Assembly (NCBI GenBank): GCA_963848545.1
Contig: CAWKEZ010000110.1
Span: forward strand, 8,979 to 72,978
DNA length: 64,000 nucleotides
DNA from: an uncultured Thermoleophilia bacterium
GTDB lineage: Bacteria > Actinomycetota > Thermoleophilia > UBA2241
Direction: 5' to 3'
Each line of letters starts with the position of its first letter. Positions within the stretch are counted from its first letter, which is position 1. Position numbers and translations under genes: made by a program. The notes below the pieces were generated by a model that was given only the letters and a program-made list of their open reading frames with translations, had not been told where the DNA came from and made no database searches. Positions 12,434 through 23,647 of the stretch are shown here, piece by piece.

Positions 12434-13275
12434 TGACCGAGGCCATGGCTCTCATAGACGCCGCCCGCGGGCACGGCGTGCAGCTGCGGCTCACCGGCGG
12501 CCTTGCAGTGCGGCGCTACTGCACCGATCTCGGCTTCATCGACCGGGAGTACTCAGACATCGACCTGGTAGGGCTCTCGCACCAGCAGCGCGAGCTCCAC
12601 GAGGTGTTCACGGCGTTGGGGTACACCCAGAACCGCTACGTGACCCAGGCCACCGACGCGGCGCAGCTGCAGTACATCAAGACGGAGACCTTGGTGCCGC
12701 ACGCGTCGACGCCCGGCGCGAGGACGCCCACGGCGGAGAAGCGCGCGGCGGAGCCGCCGCTCTTCGACCACGCCGACGTCTTCATGGATGTGATGCGCAT
12801 GGACCACGACGTCGATGTTCACGAGCGCCTGGATATTGACGACTACGCCATCTCTCCTGTGGACGCCTTCACCGCCAAGATGCAGATCGGCAGGATCAAC
12901 CAGAAAGACGTGCACGACATCATCGCCCTCGTGAAGGACGTGCCGCTCAGCGAGGTTGGCGACGACTCGTCCATCGATGTGCCGTACCTCGCCGAGGTGT
13001 GCGCCCACGACTGGGGCATCCACCACGACATCACCACCAACCTCGAGGTGGTCATCGCCAGGCTTGACGACTACGGCCTCTCCGAGGAGGAGGTCGCCAG
13101 GGTGTACGGGCGCCTCGCCTCGCTCAGGGAGGCGATCGAGGATGAGGACAAGTCGCTGCGCTGGTGGCTACGCGCGCGCGTCGGTGAGCGCGTCGCCTGG
13201 CGTCGCGAGGTTGAGGAGACCGAGGGTACGCAGGTGATCGCTCCCGAGTGGGATTGGCGGCGCGACCTGGGATAA
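12430..13275 (+). CDS. pol-beta-type nucleotidyltransferase, AbiEii/DUF1814-like (tentative)
   Basis: ATG at 12430 embedded in ATGATGA; LTGGLAVRRYCTDLGFIDREYSDIDLVG fits hGG...DxD NTase motif; 281 aa. Confidence 0.5.
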   Translation: MMTEAMALIDAARGHGVQLRLTGGLAVRRYCTDLGFIDREYSDIDLVGLSHQQRELHEVFTALGYTQNRYVTQATDAAQLQYIKTETLVPHASTPGARTPTAEKRAAEPPLFDHADVFMDVMRMDHDVDVHERLDIDDYAISPVDAFTAKMQIGRINQKDVHDIIALVKDVPLSEVGDDSSIDVPYLAEVCAHDWGIHHDITTNLEVVIARLDDYGLSEEEVARVYGRLASLREAIEDEDKSLRWWLRARVGERVAWRREVEETEGTQVIAPEWDWRRDLG

Positions 13276-13382
13276 GCGCTCGGCGGCCGCGACTGTTTGC
13301 CCCGTTCACTGCTGTGAAATGACTATCGCGACGGTGCGCGTGTGGGCGTGTCATTGGTCTTCGAGGGCAAGGAGCAACGGTC

Positions 13383-13706
13383 ATGGGCGAAGAGTATCTT
13401 CCTGAGGTGTATACGGGGTTTCGCCGCGATTTCCCCGGTGTGGCCGCGGCGCTGGACGGCCTGGGTGAGGCGTTGGACGGGGCCGGACCTCTCGACGAGC
13501 GCACGGCGCGCCTCGTCAAGCTGGGCCTTGCGGTGGGCGCCTTGGCCGAGGGCGCGGTGCGCTCCAACGTGAGAAAGGCGCTGGCCGCCGGGGCCACCTC
13601 TGCCGAGGTGCGCCAGGTGGCCCTTCTGGCGATCACCACCTGCGGCTTCCCGGGCGCCGTTGCCGGACTCGCCTGGGTCGACGAAGTACTGGCCGCCGGC
13701 GCCTGA
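13383..13706 (+). CDS. carboxymuconolactone decarboxylase (CMD/AhpD-like) family protein
   Basis: 107 aa, ...ARLVKLGLAVGALAEGAVRSNVRKALAAGATSAEVRQVALLAITTCGFPGAV typical CMD fold signature. Confidence 0.65.
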   Translation: MGEEYLPEVYTGFRRDFPGVAAALDGLGEALDGAGPLDERTARLVKLGLAVGALAEGAVRSNVRKALAAGATSAEVRQVALLAITTCGFPGAVAGLAWVDEVLAAGA

Positions 13707-13721
13707 GCGGCGCCGGCCGTG

Positions 13722-14411
13722 TCACCAGCCGATACGCCCGCCGTCGCGGGCGCACTTCTCGCGACAGATCTGCGTGATCGCCCGCCGCACCGCGCGGCCG
13801 ATGAGCCAGCCAGCGGGCGTAGCGGGCCCCGCGTACGAGAGTTCCTCGCCGCGCCCAGTACAGGCGATCACCACGGAATCGGTCGACGTGCCGCTGGCCG
13901 GCTCCCCGGCGTCGGTGCGTACGTCCCACTCGGCGAGGGTCATGGTCTTCGCCTCGGTTGCCGTGATGACGGCGTTCACCATGGCGGCGGGGGTGAGGGC
14001 GGCATCGACCAGCAGGATGGTGTTGATCGTCCCGGGACGCGCGGGTGCCGGCGGCGTGACACCGGCGCAGCTGGTGTTGCTGAGCCCCAGGGAGACGGCG
14101 GCGGCGACCGTGATCTGGCGATCGTTCTCCATCGCCACGCGGGCGAACTCCGTGCCGGCCGCGGTCATGAGGCCGACGAACGCCCGGTCGACGCCGGCCT
14201 GCACCGCGAACGCCTCCAGATCATCCGCGGGACGCCCGCCGTCGTACCCCTCGCCGACGTGCATGTTCACGATATCGTGCACGTGACTGAGGCCGCCACC
14301 GATCACGGCCGAGCTCAGCACGGTGAGTGGGTGCCGGCTGGTCACGCGCAGCGCCGTCTCGTCGATGATGACGAAGACTCCCTCGATGCCGGTATCCGGG
14401 GTTAGGGCCAC
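13722..14411 (-). CDS. cbiZ: adenosylcobinamide amidohydrolase (CbiZ family)
   Basis: 229 aa, CbiZ-like motifs (GVFVIIDETALRVTSRHPL..., GTINTILLVDAALTPAAMVNAVITATEAK). Confidence 0.55.
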   Translation of the reverse strand: MALTPDTGIEGVFVIIDETALRVTSRHPLTVLSSAVIGGGLSHVHDIVNMHVGEGYDGGRPADDLEAFAVQAGVDRAFVGLMTAAGTEFARVAMENDRQITVAAAVSLGLSNTSCAGVTPPAPARPGTINTILLVDAALTPAAMVNAVITATEAKTMTLAEWDVRTDAGEPASGTSTDSVVIACTGRGEELSYAGPATPAGWLIGRAVRRAITQICREKCARDGGRIGW

Positions 14412-14426
14412 GGCGGCAATTCTAGC

Positions 14427-15263
14427 TCAGGGTCGCGGCTCGGTGCTGGCCGCCTCGCCGCCGGCCTCTCGCCGCAGCGAACGTGCGGTGCCCAAGAGCG
14501 AACCGAGCAAGATCAGCGGCATGCCCACGGCGATGCCCGCCGTGAGCGGTTCGCCGAGCAGCAGCACGCCGAGGAGCACCGCTACCAGAGGGTTCACATA
14601 GGTGACGATCGTAGTGCGCGACGGGCCTACCTCACGGATGAGAGCGAAGAAAAGGATGAAGGCAAGGGCCGTGCAGACGACGGCCAGACCGGCCACCGCG
14701 GCCACAACCTGGCCCGAGACGGCCGCCGGCGCGTAGTAAAGCCCGGCCGGTGCGTAGACCGCGGCGGTGACCACCAGCGAGGCGGTAACTACGCCCAGAC
14801 TGGGCAAGCCGTCAAGCCGCCGGCTGACGATCAGCGGGCCGCTGGCATAGCACAGCGCCACGACCAGCACTTCTGCGGCGGCCAGCGGCTGCGCGCCGCC
14901 CACGTCGATGCCCACCAGCGCCGCCACCCCGGCAAAACCGATCACGAGCCCGGCGAGACGGCGGGCATCGAGATGGTCGCTCACGCCTACGGCGCGATAG
15001 AGCAAGGCCGCGATGAGTGGCACCGAGGCGACGAGCAGCCCGGCCATGGAGCTCGTCAAACGCTCCTCGGCGTGCGAGAGGAGCAACCAGGGCACGGCGA
15101 GCTCGATGGCCGTGTAGGCGAGCACCCAGCGCCAGCGGGCGAGGAGCGCGCGCAGCTTGCCGCGGCGAAGGGCCAGCGGCATGAGCATGAGGGCCGCCGG
15201 CGCCGTGCGAAAGAACACCAGCGTCGGCGGGGACAGCTCGCCGACCGCCACGCGGATGAGCAT
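14427..15263 (-). CDS. EamA/DMT-family transporter; first TM helix encoded in-frame upstream (to ~15335) without a canonical start
   Basis: 10-TM-like ORF; upstream in-frame RKGWLLFIALCLIWGTPYMLIRVAV is a typical DMT TM1 but preceded by stop with no ATG/GTG/TTG. Confidence 0.65.
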   Translation of the reverse strand: MLIRVAVGELSPPTLVFFRTAPAALMLMPLALRRGKLRALLARWRWVLAYTAIELAVPWLLLSHAEERLTSSMAGLLVASVPLIAALLYRAVGVSDHLDARRLAGLVIGFAGVAALVGIDVGGAQPLAAAEVLVVALCYASGPLIVSRRLDGLPSLGVVTASLVVTAAVYAPAGLYYAPAAVSGQVVAAVAGLAVVCTALAFILFFALIREVGPSRTTIVTYVNPLVAVLLGVLLLGEPLTAGIAVGMPLILLGSLLGTARSLRREAGGEAASTEPRP

Positions 15264-15570
15264 GTAGGGTGTGCCCCAGATGAGGCACAGGGCGATAAAC
15301 AGCAGCCAGCCTTTGCGAGACAGGGCGCCACTCCCTCGGGTATATGTGTGGCCGGCGCGGGCCGGTCACGGCGGCCGGAGGTGTGAGAAGAGTGTATGCG
15401 CTTGGCCGCGGTGGCGCTGACTGGTGTCTACAGAACGCTCCTTGCGTGGTGGAGGCAAAGGGGCTATCGTTTATAGTTCGTCTGGCGTCCGCCGTTCCGG
15501 CGCGCCGCCTCCGCTACAGAAGTGGCCCCACCACGGGCCGAAGCACGCGACAACGGGCAGGAGACGCCGA

Positions 15571-16689
<1,119 letters not shown>

Positions 16690-16795
16690 CCGACGCAGTC
16701 GGGTCGGCGTGCGGGGCGCCGCAAGTGCACCGCACGCTGGACTTGGCCGGACCGTTGCGAGGCGGTAGACGGGGAGGCGTGATAGCGTCTCCCCC

Positions 16796-18526
16796 ATGAA
16801 GATCGCGCTTCTGCAGATCGATCCCACCGTCGGCGACCTGGATGGCAACGCCGATCTGCTGCTGGAGGCCGCCGGCGTGGCGGCGCGTGCCGGCGCCCAC
16901 TTGGCGGTTGCCTCCGAGCTCTCGCTGCTCGGGTATCCGCCGCGCGACCTGCTGCTGAGCCGCTCGTTCGTGGAGCGCAGCTGGGAGACGTGCCACGCGC
17001 TGGCCCGCGAGCTGGCGCAGGGGCCACCTCTCATCGTGGGGCTGGCCGAGGCCAATGAGAGTCAGAGCGGACGGCCCCTCTACAACGCCGCCGCCCTCTT
17101 GCGGTGCGGACAGGTGCAGCAGGTCTTCCGCAAGACGCTGCTGCCCACCTACGACGTGTTCGACGAAGACCGTTACTTCGAGCCGGCCGCCGGCCCGCAG
17201 ATCCTGGAGTGGGGTGGACCACCGGTCCAAGAGCCGGACGTGGCGCACAGGGGGCCGGCACGGCCGCCGCCGCAGAGGCTCGGCGTATCGGTGTGCGAGG
17301 ACGTGTGGAACGATCGCGACTTCTGGCAGCGGCAGCGCTACCACAGCGATCCTCTCGAGGACCTCGCCGAGGCCGGCGCCACCTGCGTGGTCAATCTCTC
17401 GGCTTCGCCGTTCACGATTGGCAAGCAGCAGCATCGCGAGGCCATGCTCGCGGCGATCGCCGGCAAGTACGGTCTGCCGGTGCTCTACGTGAACCAGGTG
17501 GGCGGTGCCGACGAGCTGGTGTTCGACGGGCGCAGCTGCGCCTTTGCCGCCGGCGGTGAGCTGGCGGCGCGCGCCGCGGCCTTCGCCGCAGATGTGCTGG
17601 TGGTCGACCTGGACGAGCTGAGCGGCGCGGCCCCCGCTCCCACCCTCTCCGCCGACGACTTCGCGGCGCCCTCCGAGGTGTGGCGCGCGCTGGTGCTGGG
17701 CGTAAGAGACTACGCCGCCAAGAGTGGCTTCCGGAGCGCCCTCCTGGGCCTCTCGGGAGGCGTCGACTCGGCCGTCGTGGCGGCGGTGGCGGCCGAGGCT
17801 CTGGGGCCCGACAACGTCCTCTGCGTGCTCATGCCGTCGCCCTACTCCAGCGCCGGCAGCATCGGCGACGCGCAAACGCTCGCCGACGGTCTCCGGGTAC
17901 GCACCGTGACGGTGCCCATCGCCGAGATCATGGGTAGCTTCGAGCACGCCCTGGCTCCCGCCTTCGCCGGGCGCGCCGCCGACGTCACCGAGGAGAACGT
18001 GCAAGCGCGTATCCGCGGCAACCTGTTGATGGCGCTCTCGAACAAGTTCCATTCTCTGCTGCTTACGACGGGTAACAAGTCGGAGCTGGCGGTGGGGTAC
18101 TGCACCATCTACGGCGACATGTCGGGTGGCCTCGCCGTCATCTCCGACGTGCCCAAGACGCTGGTGTACCGGATAGCGCGCTGGCTCAACGAGACGCGTG
18201 GCCGCGAGGTGATCCCGCCGGCGATCATCACCAAGGCGCCGTCGGCCGAGTTGCGACCCGACCAGACAGACCAAGACAGCCTGCCGCCCTACGACGAGTT
18301 AGACGCCATTCTAAGGCTGCTCATCGAGGAGCATCTCGGCGCCCGGGAGATCGTGGCGCACGGCCATGATCCGGCCACCGTGGAGAGAGTGGTGCGGCTG
18401 GTGAGCACCGCCGAGTTCAAGCGCAAGCAGGCGGCGCCCGGCCTCAAGGTCACCGACCTGGCGTTCGGGATGGGCTGGCGCATGCCGATCGCCACCATGC
18501 CGCGCGCTCGCCGCCATGCCCGCTGA
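16796..18526 (+). CDS. nadE: glutamine-dependent NAD+ synthetase (nitrilase domain + NAD synthetase domain)
   Basis: 576 aa; N-terminal CN-hydrolase (MKIALLQIDP...) and C-terminal SGGVDSAVVAAVA PP-loop. Confidence 0.9.
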   Translation: MKIALLQIDPTVGDLDGNADLLLEAAGVAARAGAHLAVASELSLLGYPPRDLLLSRSFVERSWETCHALARELAQGPPLIVGLAEANESQSGRPLYNAAALLRCGQVQQVFRKTLLPTYDVFDEDRYFEPAAGPQILEWGGPPVQEPDVAHRGPARPPPQRLGVSVCEDVWNDRDFWQRQRYHSDPLEDLAEAGATCVVNLSASPFTIGKQQHREAMLAAIAGKYGLPVLYVNQVGGADELVFDGRSCAFAAGGELAARAAAFAADVLVVDLDELSGAAPAPTLSADDFAAPSEVWRALVLGVRDYAAKSGFRSALLGLSGGVDSAVVAAVAAEALGPDNVLCVLMPSPYSSAGSIGDAQTLADGLRVRTVTVPIAEIMGSFEHALAPAFAGRAADVTEENVQARIRGNLLMALSNKFHSLLLTTGNKSELAVGYCTIYGDMSGGLAVISDVPKTLVYRIARWLNETRGREVIPPAIITKAPSAELRPDQTDQDSLPPYDELDAILRLLIEEHLGAREIVAHGHDPATVERVVRLVSTAEFKRKQAAPGLKVTDLAFGMGWRMPIATMPRARRHAR

Positions 18527-18613
18527 GGAGCCGCGCCGGAGTCGCGGTCGCCGGCCAGCGCCGCTGAGCACCGGTGCCATGCCATCAGATAGACTTGCCG
18601 CGGGAACACGCCT

Positions 18614-19240
18614 TTGGAGGTTGCACAAATGAGCATTGCCGAACGGCTCGATGCATTGCGCGAAAGTGCCGTGCGTGAGGTCGACATGATCGGGGACGAC
18701 ACCCTCCTGGCCAAGAAGCCGGAGGCTCTGGCAGAGCAGCTCGCCGAGCGCCACTACCTTGAGCCGGTACACGTGCGCAGAGCCAGCTTCGGCATCCCGC
18801 GTCCGGTGAGGATGAGCGTCCCCGGTGGGCCGGGAGCCGAGCTCGCGTTCTCGCTGGTGCCCGCGACACGCGCGGAGCTTTACGTGCCGCTCGCGGGGAT
18901 CAGCACACTTGTGCGGCTCAGCGAGGATGGCGGCGAGCTGGGCTTCACCGCGGCCGAGGTTGATCTGGCCGAGGAACGTCTCGTCATAGTGTACGTCGCC
19001 GAGCACCCGGTGGCCGCGGCGGCGAACGCATTCTTCGCCGCCAAGCTCGATGAGGTGGAGGCCGAGGTTGCGAACCTCAGCAGGGAGGTAGGCGAGTACA
19101 ACGAAAGCCTGCCTGCGGCACTGCTCGAGGCGCTGCGTGCGGCGCGCGCGCGAGCCAAGGAGCGGCAGACCTTTGCGAACGGACTCGAGCACCCTCGTCC
19201 CGCGGAACGGCCCTGGAGCTCGGGCGCGGCGCAGTCCTGA
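18614..19240 (+). CDS. hypothetical protein
   Basis: 208 aa ORF, acidic/Ala-rich, no recognised domain. Confidence 0.35.
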   Translation: MEVAQMSIAERLDALRESAVREVDMIGDDTLLAKKPEALAEQLAERHYLEPVHVRRASFGIPRPVRMSVPGGPGAELAFSLVPATRAELYVPLAGISTLVRLSEDGGELGFTAAEVDLAEERLVIVYVAEHPVAAAANAFFAAKLDEVEAEVANLSREVGEYNESLPAALLEALRAARARAKERQTFANGLEHPRPAERPWSSGAAQS

Positions 19241-19351
19241 GGCCTGTGCTCGGCGGGGACGGCCGCTAGGGGCCTTCCGCCAGGCCCGCCCACAGTCGTC
19301 CGATCGAGGTGGGCGTCGATGTCTCGAGCGACCTCGCCAAAGACGAGCCGC

Positions 19352-19645
19352 TACCTACGCGACAATACGTCGCCTGCCGGAGCGCCGCGGGCTGGCGGTA
19401 GTCGCGACCGTCGTCGCCCGTTTCGTTTGCGGCTTCACGGGCTCCTGAGAGGCACGGTGCATGGCCAGATGGGCAAGCAGCGCCTCTCGCTCGCTGAACT
19501 CTTCGGCGCAGGTGGCGCAGCGGAAGGTGACCGGCCCTCCCATCACCGTTCCGGAGGCCTGCCCGTGCAGCAGCCATCTGTGATGATCGAGCAGCGCCTT
19601 GGTGTAGACCTTGACACCGCAGATCTCGCACTCATAAGGCTTCCA
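19352..19645 (-). CDS. small protein with two C2H2-type zinc fingers
   Basis: GTG start 19645 with GAAGGA RBS; YECEICGVKVYTKALLDHHRWLLHG and FRCATCAEEFSEREALLAHLAMH. Confidence 0.5.
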
Positions 19646-19849
19646 ACCGGTCACTCGAATCCATCCTTCGGCGGAAAACAAAACTAAACTACTCCTGATT
19701 GTACCCCGCTGAGGGTAAGCACCAAGCGACGACGGTCTCGCGAGGCATGGCCTGGCACAGGCACGACGTGCCTCTCGTCGTGTAGCATTACGCTGAGGCC
19801 ATGAACCGCACACGAATCCATCTCGGCGCAGGTCAGGTCGCCGCGGGCA

Positions 19850-21412
19850 ATGCCGGCTGAGCACGGCGACGCGCAGGCCGCAGGCCCACTGCCTGCGGGC
19901 ACGCCGCCGCGCGGGAAAGCGGTCTGGTGGGCCGAGTCGTGGCCGGCCCGCTATGCAGAGGACGCCGTTCGCACGCCCCGCTCGCGGCGGTGGCTGGTGC
20001 TCATCGTCGCCCTGGCCGTCGAATCGGCGAGCATGGTGGCGCTGGGTGCGGTGAGCCAAACCCGTCACATCCTCGGCCTGCCGGGGTCGTTGATGGCGCT
20101 GTCCGCGGTCGTCGCCGGTGCCTTGGGCGGACCCCTCGTGGGCCTGGCGGCGGCGCTGGGCGGCGGGGCGGTGTACTTCATCACGGTCGCGAGCCTGGGA
20201 GCCCGCGGGTCGTGGTTGGCGACCCTGATCTCGATCGCCCTCTGGGGTGCCACGGGTCTCGTCTCGGCCGCTATCGCCGATGCTCTGCGCCGGCAGACAG
20301 CGAGCTTACAACAGGCGTCGCTGTACTCCCGCAGCCTCATCGAGGCGGCCCTCGACCCACTGGTGACCATCGGTCGCGACGGCAAGATCACCGACGTCAA
20401 CGCGGCCACCGAGAAGGTTACCGGGGTCGCCCGGTCCACGCTTATCGGGACCGACTTCTCCGACTGCTTCATGGAACCGGAGAGCGCCCGGATCGGCTAC
20501 CAGAAGGTCTTCAACGAAGGCTTCGTGCGCGACTACCCGCTGGCCATTCGGCACGTCTCCGGCGAGCACACCGACGTCCTCTACAACGCCAGTGTGTACC
20601 GCGACAACGCGGGCCGTCCGGTGGGCGTCTTCGCCGCCGCCCGCGACATCACCGAGCGCAAGCGCGCCGAGCGCGCCCTTCTGCGCGTTGAGAAGGCGCT
20701 GCGCGCGGAGAAGGAGGAGCTGGCGCGTTCCAACGCCGACCTCGAACAGTTCGCCTACGTGGCCTCGCACGACCTTCAGGAGCCGCTGCGCATGGTGGCG
20801 AGCTACACGCAGCTCCTGGCGCGCCGCTACCGGGGCAAGCTCGACGACGAGGCCGATGAGTTCATCGAGTTCGCCGTGGACGGCGCCAACCGTATGCAGG
20901 ATCTCATCCACGATCTGCTCGCCTTCTCGCGCGTCGGCACGCAAGGTAAGCCACTCGTCGAGACTGACTGCGACGGCGTGGTGCGGCGCGTGCTTAACAA
21001 CCTCAGGATGGCCATCCAGGAGACTGGCGCGCGCATAACGGTGGGCGACTTGCCGACGGTGGCGGCGGACGGCGATCAGCTCGCGCAGGTGCTGCAGAAC
21101 CTCATCGGCAATGCCATCAAGTTCCACGGCGACGAGCCGCCTGAAGTGCAGGTGTCGGCGGTGCGCGGCGACGGCGAATGGGTGTTCGCGGTGCGCGACA
21201 ACGGCATCGGCCTCGATGCCCAGTACGCCGACCGCATATTCATCATCTTCCAACGCTTGCACGGGCGCGCTGAGTTTCCGGGCACGGGCATCGGTCTGGC
21301 ACTATGCAAGAAGATCGTCTCCCGCCACGGCGGTCGCATCTGGGTCGAATCCGAGCTCGGGAAGGGCTCTACGTTCTCATTCACCCTGCCGATCAAAGGA
21401 GACGGGCTATGA
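19850..21412 (+). CDS. PAS-domain sensor histidine kinase (membrane N-terminus; start may be downstream)
   Basis: TM-rich N-term, PAS ([16 protein letters not shown]...), HisKA ([14 protein letters not shown]), HATPase (NLIGNAIKF...[13 protein letters not shown]). Confidence 0.8.
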   Translation: MPAEHGDAQAAGPLPAGTPPRGKAVWWAESWPARYAEDAVRTPRSRRWLVLIVALAVESASMVALGAVSQTRHILGLPGSLMALSAVVAGALGGPLVGLAAALGGGAVYFITVASLGARGSWLATLISIALWGATGLVSAAIADALRRQTASLQQASLYSRSLIEAALDPLVTIGRDGKITDVNAATEKVTGVARSTLIGTDFSDCFMEPESARIGYQKVFNEGFVRDYPLAIRHVSGEHTDVLYNASVYRDNAGRPVGVFAAARDITERKRAERALLRVEKALRAEKEELARSNADLEQFAYVASHDLQEPLRMVASYTQLLARRYRGKLDDEADEFIEFAVDGANRMQDLIHDLLAFSRVGTQGKPLVETDCDGVVRRVLNNLRMAIQETGARITVGDLPTVAADGDQLAQVLQNLIGNAIKFHGDEPPEVQVSAVRGDGEWVFAVRDNGIGLDAQYADRIFIIFQRLHGRAEFPGTGIGLALCKKIVSRHGGRIWVESELGKGSTFSFTLPIKGDGL

Positions 21413-21858
21413 TGCCGGTTCCGCCCATCGAGATACTGCTGGTCGAAGACAGCCCCGGCGACGCTCGTCTGGCGATGGAGGCGCTCAAGGAGGCCAAGGT
21501 TCTCAACCACATCAGCGTGGTGCCCGATGGGGTGGAAGCAATGGCCTTCTTGCGCCGCAAGGACGGGTACGGCGACGTGCCGCGCCCCGACCTGATCCTG
21601 CTCGACCTCAACCTGCCCAAGAAGGATGGGCGCGAGGTGCTGGCCGAGGTCAAGGCAGACCCGTCTCTGCAGCACATCCCCGTGGTCATCCTCACTACCT
21701 CCCAGGCCGAGCAAGACATCATGCGCAGCTACCGACTGCATGCCAACTGCTACATCACCAAGCCGGTCGATCTCGACCAGTTCCTCGAAGTCATCAAGTC
21801 GGTCGAGAACTTCTGGCTCACGGTGGTCAAGCTGCCCACGGGTGAGAAAGAGGCATGA
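21409..21858 (+). CDS. single-domain response regulator (CheY-like receiver)
   Basis: ATGA overlap with kinase stop; [13 protein letters not shown]...[14 protein letters not shown]...ILTTS. Confidence 0.85.
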   Translation: MMPVPPIEILLVEDSPGDARLAMEALKEAKVLNHISVVPDGVEAMAFLRRKDGYGDVPRPDLILLDLNLPKKDGREVLAEVKADPSLQHIPVVILTTSQAEQDIMRSYRLHANCYITKPVDLDQFLEVIKSVENFWLTVVKLPTGEKEA

Positions 21859-23414
21859 CCGCAGCCGATCCCATGTCAGACCTCGCGGCTGGGGAGCGCA
21901 CCAGGGTTCTGCTGATCGAGGACAACCCAGGGGACGCGCGTCTCATCGAGGTGCTGCTCGACGAGGGCGACGCGCACTTCGAGGTGGAGTGGGTGTCGCG
22001 TCTCGACGAAGGGCTGAAGCGCCTGCATGCCGACGGCCCACTGATCGCCGCCGTGCTGCTCGACCTGACGTTGCCGGACAGTCGCGGTTTCGACACCTTC
22101 GCGACGGTGAACACCCAGGCCCCCGGTGTGCCGGTGGTCCTGCTCACGGGCCTCGACGACGAGGAGCTGGCCATGCGCGTGGTGCGCCAGGGGGCGCAGG
22201 ACTACCTTACGAAAGGGCGGGTCGACGGCCCACTGCTGACGCGGGCGATTCACTACGCCATCGAGCGCCGCCGCGCCGACGACGCGCTGCGCCACAGCGA
22301 GGAGATGCTGCGGCTGGCCCTGGAGGCCAGCGACTCGGGCGTGCTGGACGTGGACGTACGGGCGCGCACGGTCAAGGCTACGGCGGGCTGCCAGGCGATG
22401 CTGGGCTACGAGCCTCGGGAGGTCACCAATACTCTCGATGCATGGGCGGCGACGGTGCATCCTCAGGACAGGGCCGCCAGCCTGGGGCCTCTGACCGAGG
22501 TGCTCGAGGGGCGTTCGCCGGTCTTTGAAGAGGAGTACCGTTTGCGCGCCCGCGACGACTCTTGGGTGTGGGTGCACGCCAAGGGACGCGTGATGGAACG
22601 TGCCGGCGATGGGCAGCCCCTGCGCTTCATCATGACGTGCACAAATATCACCGCGCGGAAGACGGCCGAGGAGGCTGCCCAGGAGAGCGCCCGGCTGTTC
22701 GAGGAGCAGCACCGCATCGCCGTGACCCTCCAGGCGAACTTCGTGCATCCCCTTCCGCACGTGGAGGGACTCGATCTCGGCGTGGTGGCGCAGGCGGCCT
22801 ACGAGCCGGAGCTCGTGGGGGGCGACTTCAGCGATGTGTTCCTGCTGCCCGGTTCGGCGGTCGGCGTGATCGTCGGCGACGTCGCCGGCAAGGGCATTCG
22901 CGCCGCCGGCCTCACCGAGACGGTGAGGAGCACCGTGCGCGCCTTCGCCATGATAGACGCATCGCCGGCGTTCATCCTTCGCAAGACCAACGAGGTGCTG
23001 CTGCAGCGCCAGGCGTCGTGGGAGTACGTGACCGCGGTGCTCCTGGTGCTCGACACCGCCACGGGCCGGGCGACGTACGCGAGCGCTGGCCACCCGGCTC
23101 CGGTGCACGCCTCGGCGGATGGTTGCCGCCTCCTGGAGTCGCCTTCCGGGCATCCCCTGGGGGCCTTCGCCTCCGACTACACCGACACGCATGTCGTGCT
23201 GGCGCGCGGCGACTACGTGCTTCTCTACTCCGACGGCGTGGTGGAGGCCCGCCACGAGGGCGAGCTCTTCGGCGACGAACGGCTGGCGCAGACGGTCTGC
23301 GGGCTGCGCGGCCGCGCCGCGCGCGACGTGGCCGCCGGTGTGCGCGACGCTGCGGCCGCCTTCGCCGGCAAGCTGAGCGACGACCTCGAGGTGCTGGCCT
23401 TGCGCCTCGTGTGA
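21855..23414 (+). CDS. response regulator receiver - PAS - PP2C (SpoIIE/RsbU-like) serine phosphatase
   Basis: REC ([13 protein letters not shown]...[11 protein letters not shown]), PAS, then PP2C motifs (GGDFSDVF...GDVAGKG...YASAGHP...SDGVVEA). Confidence 0.85.
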   Translation: MTAADPMSDLAAGERTRVLLIEDNPGDARLIEVLLDEGDAHFEVEWVSRLDEGLKRLHADGPLIAAVLLDLTLPDSRGFDTFATVNTQAPGVPVVLLTGLDDEELAMRVVRQGAQDYLTKGRVDGPLLTRAIHYAIERRRADDALRHSEEMLRLALEASDSGVLDVDVRARTVKATAGCQAMLGYEPREVTNTLDAWAATVHPQDRAASLGPLTEVLEGRSPVFEEEYRLRARDDSWVWVHAKGRVMERAGDGQPLRFIMTCTNITARKTAEEAAQESARLFEEQHRIAVTLQANFVHPLPHVEGLDLGVVAQAAYEPELVGGDFSDVFLLPGSAVGVIVGDVAGKGIRAAGLTETVRSTVRAFAMIDASPAFILRKTNEVLLQRQASWEYVTAVLLVLDTATGRATYASAGHPAPVHASADGCRLLESPSGHPLGAFASDYTDTHVVLARGDYVLLYSDGVVEARHEGELFGDERLAQTVCGLRGRAARDVAAGVRDAAAAFAGKLSDDLEVLALRLV

Positions 23415-23576
23415 CGCCCTTCGTCTTGGGCCGTTTGATGAGCAGGAGGCGAGGCTACGGCGGCGAACAGCTACCGGGGGTCGCCGGCCACACCAGTGCT
23501 CCTTGGACAGGTCACGCAAACCCTTCTCGAACGGCGGCGACCCCCATCCACACGGGCGCGCCGGTCTGCGGCTGGG

Positions 23577-23604
23577 TTGATTCGCCAAGCGGGCCCAGTA
23601 TAGT
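23577..23604 (+). promoter_or_regulatory. candidate sigma70-type promoter for ftsEX (TTGATT-16-TATAGT)
   Basis: Sequence match only, ~45 nt upstream of ftsE ATG. Confidence 0.35.
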
Positions 23605-23647
23605 CAGGACTTGGCCTCAATCGGCTGACAAGGGAGAAACCCGTCCA

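Noticed and set aside
11613-12839. 408-aa Arg/Pro-rich ORF
   Set aside because: Alternative frame of the Fic/NTase genes with no homology signal.
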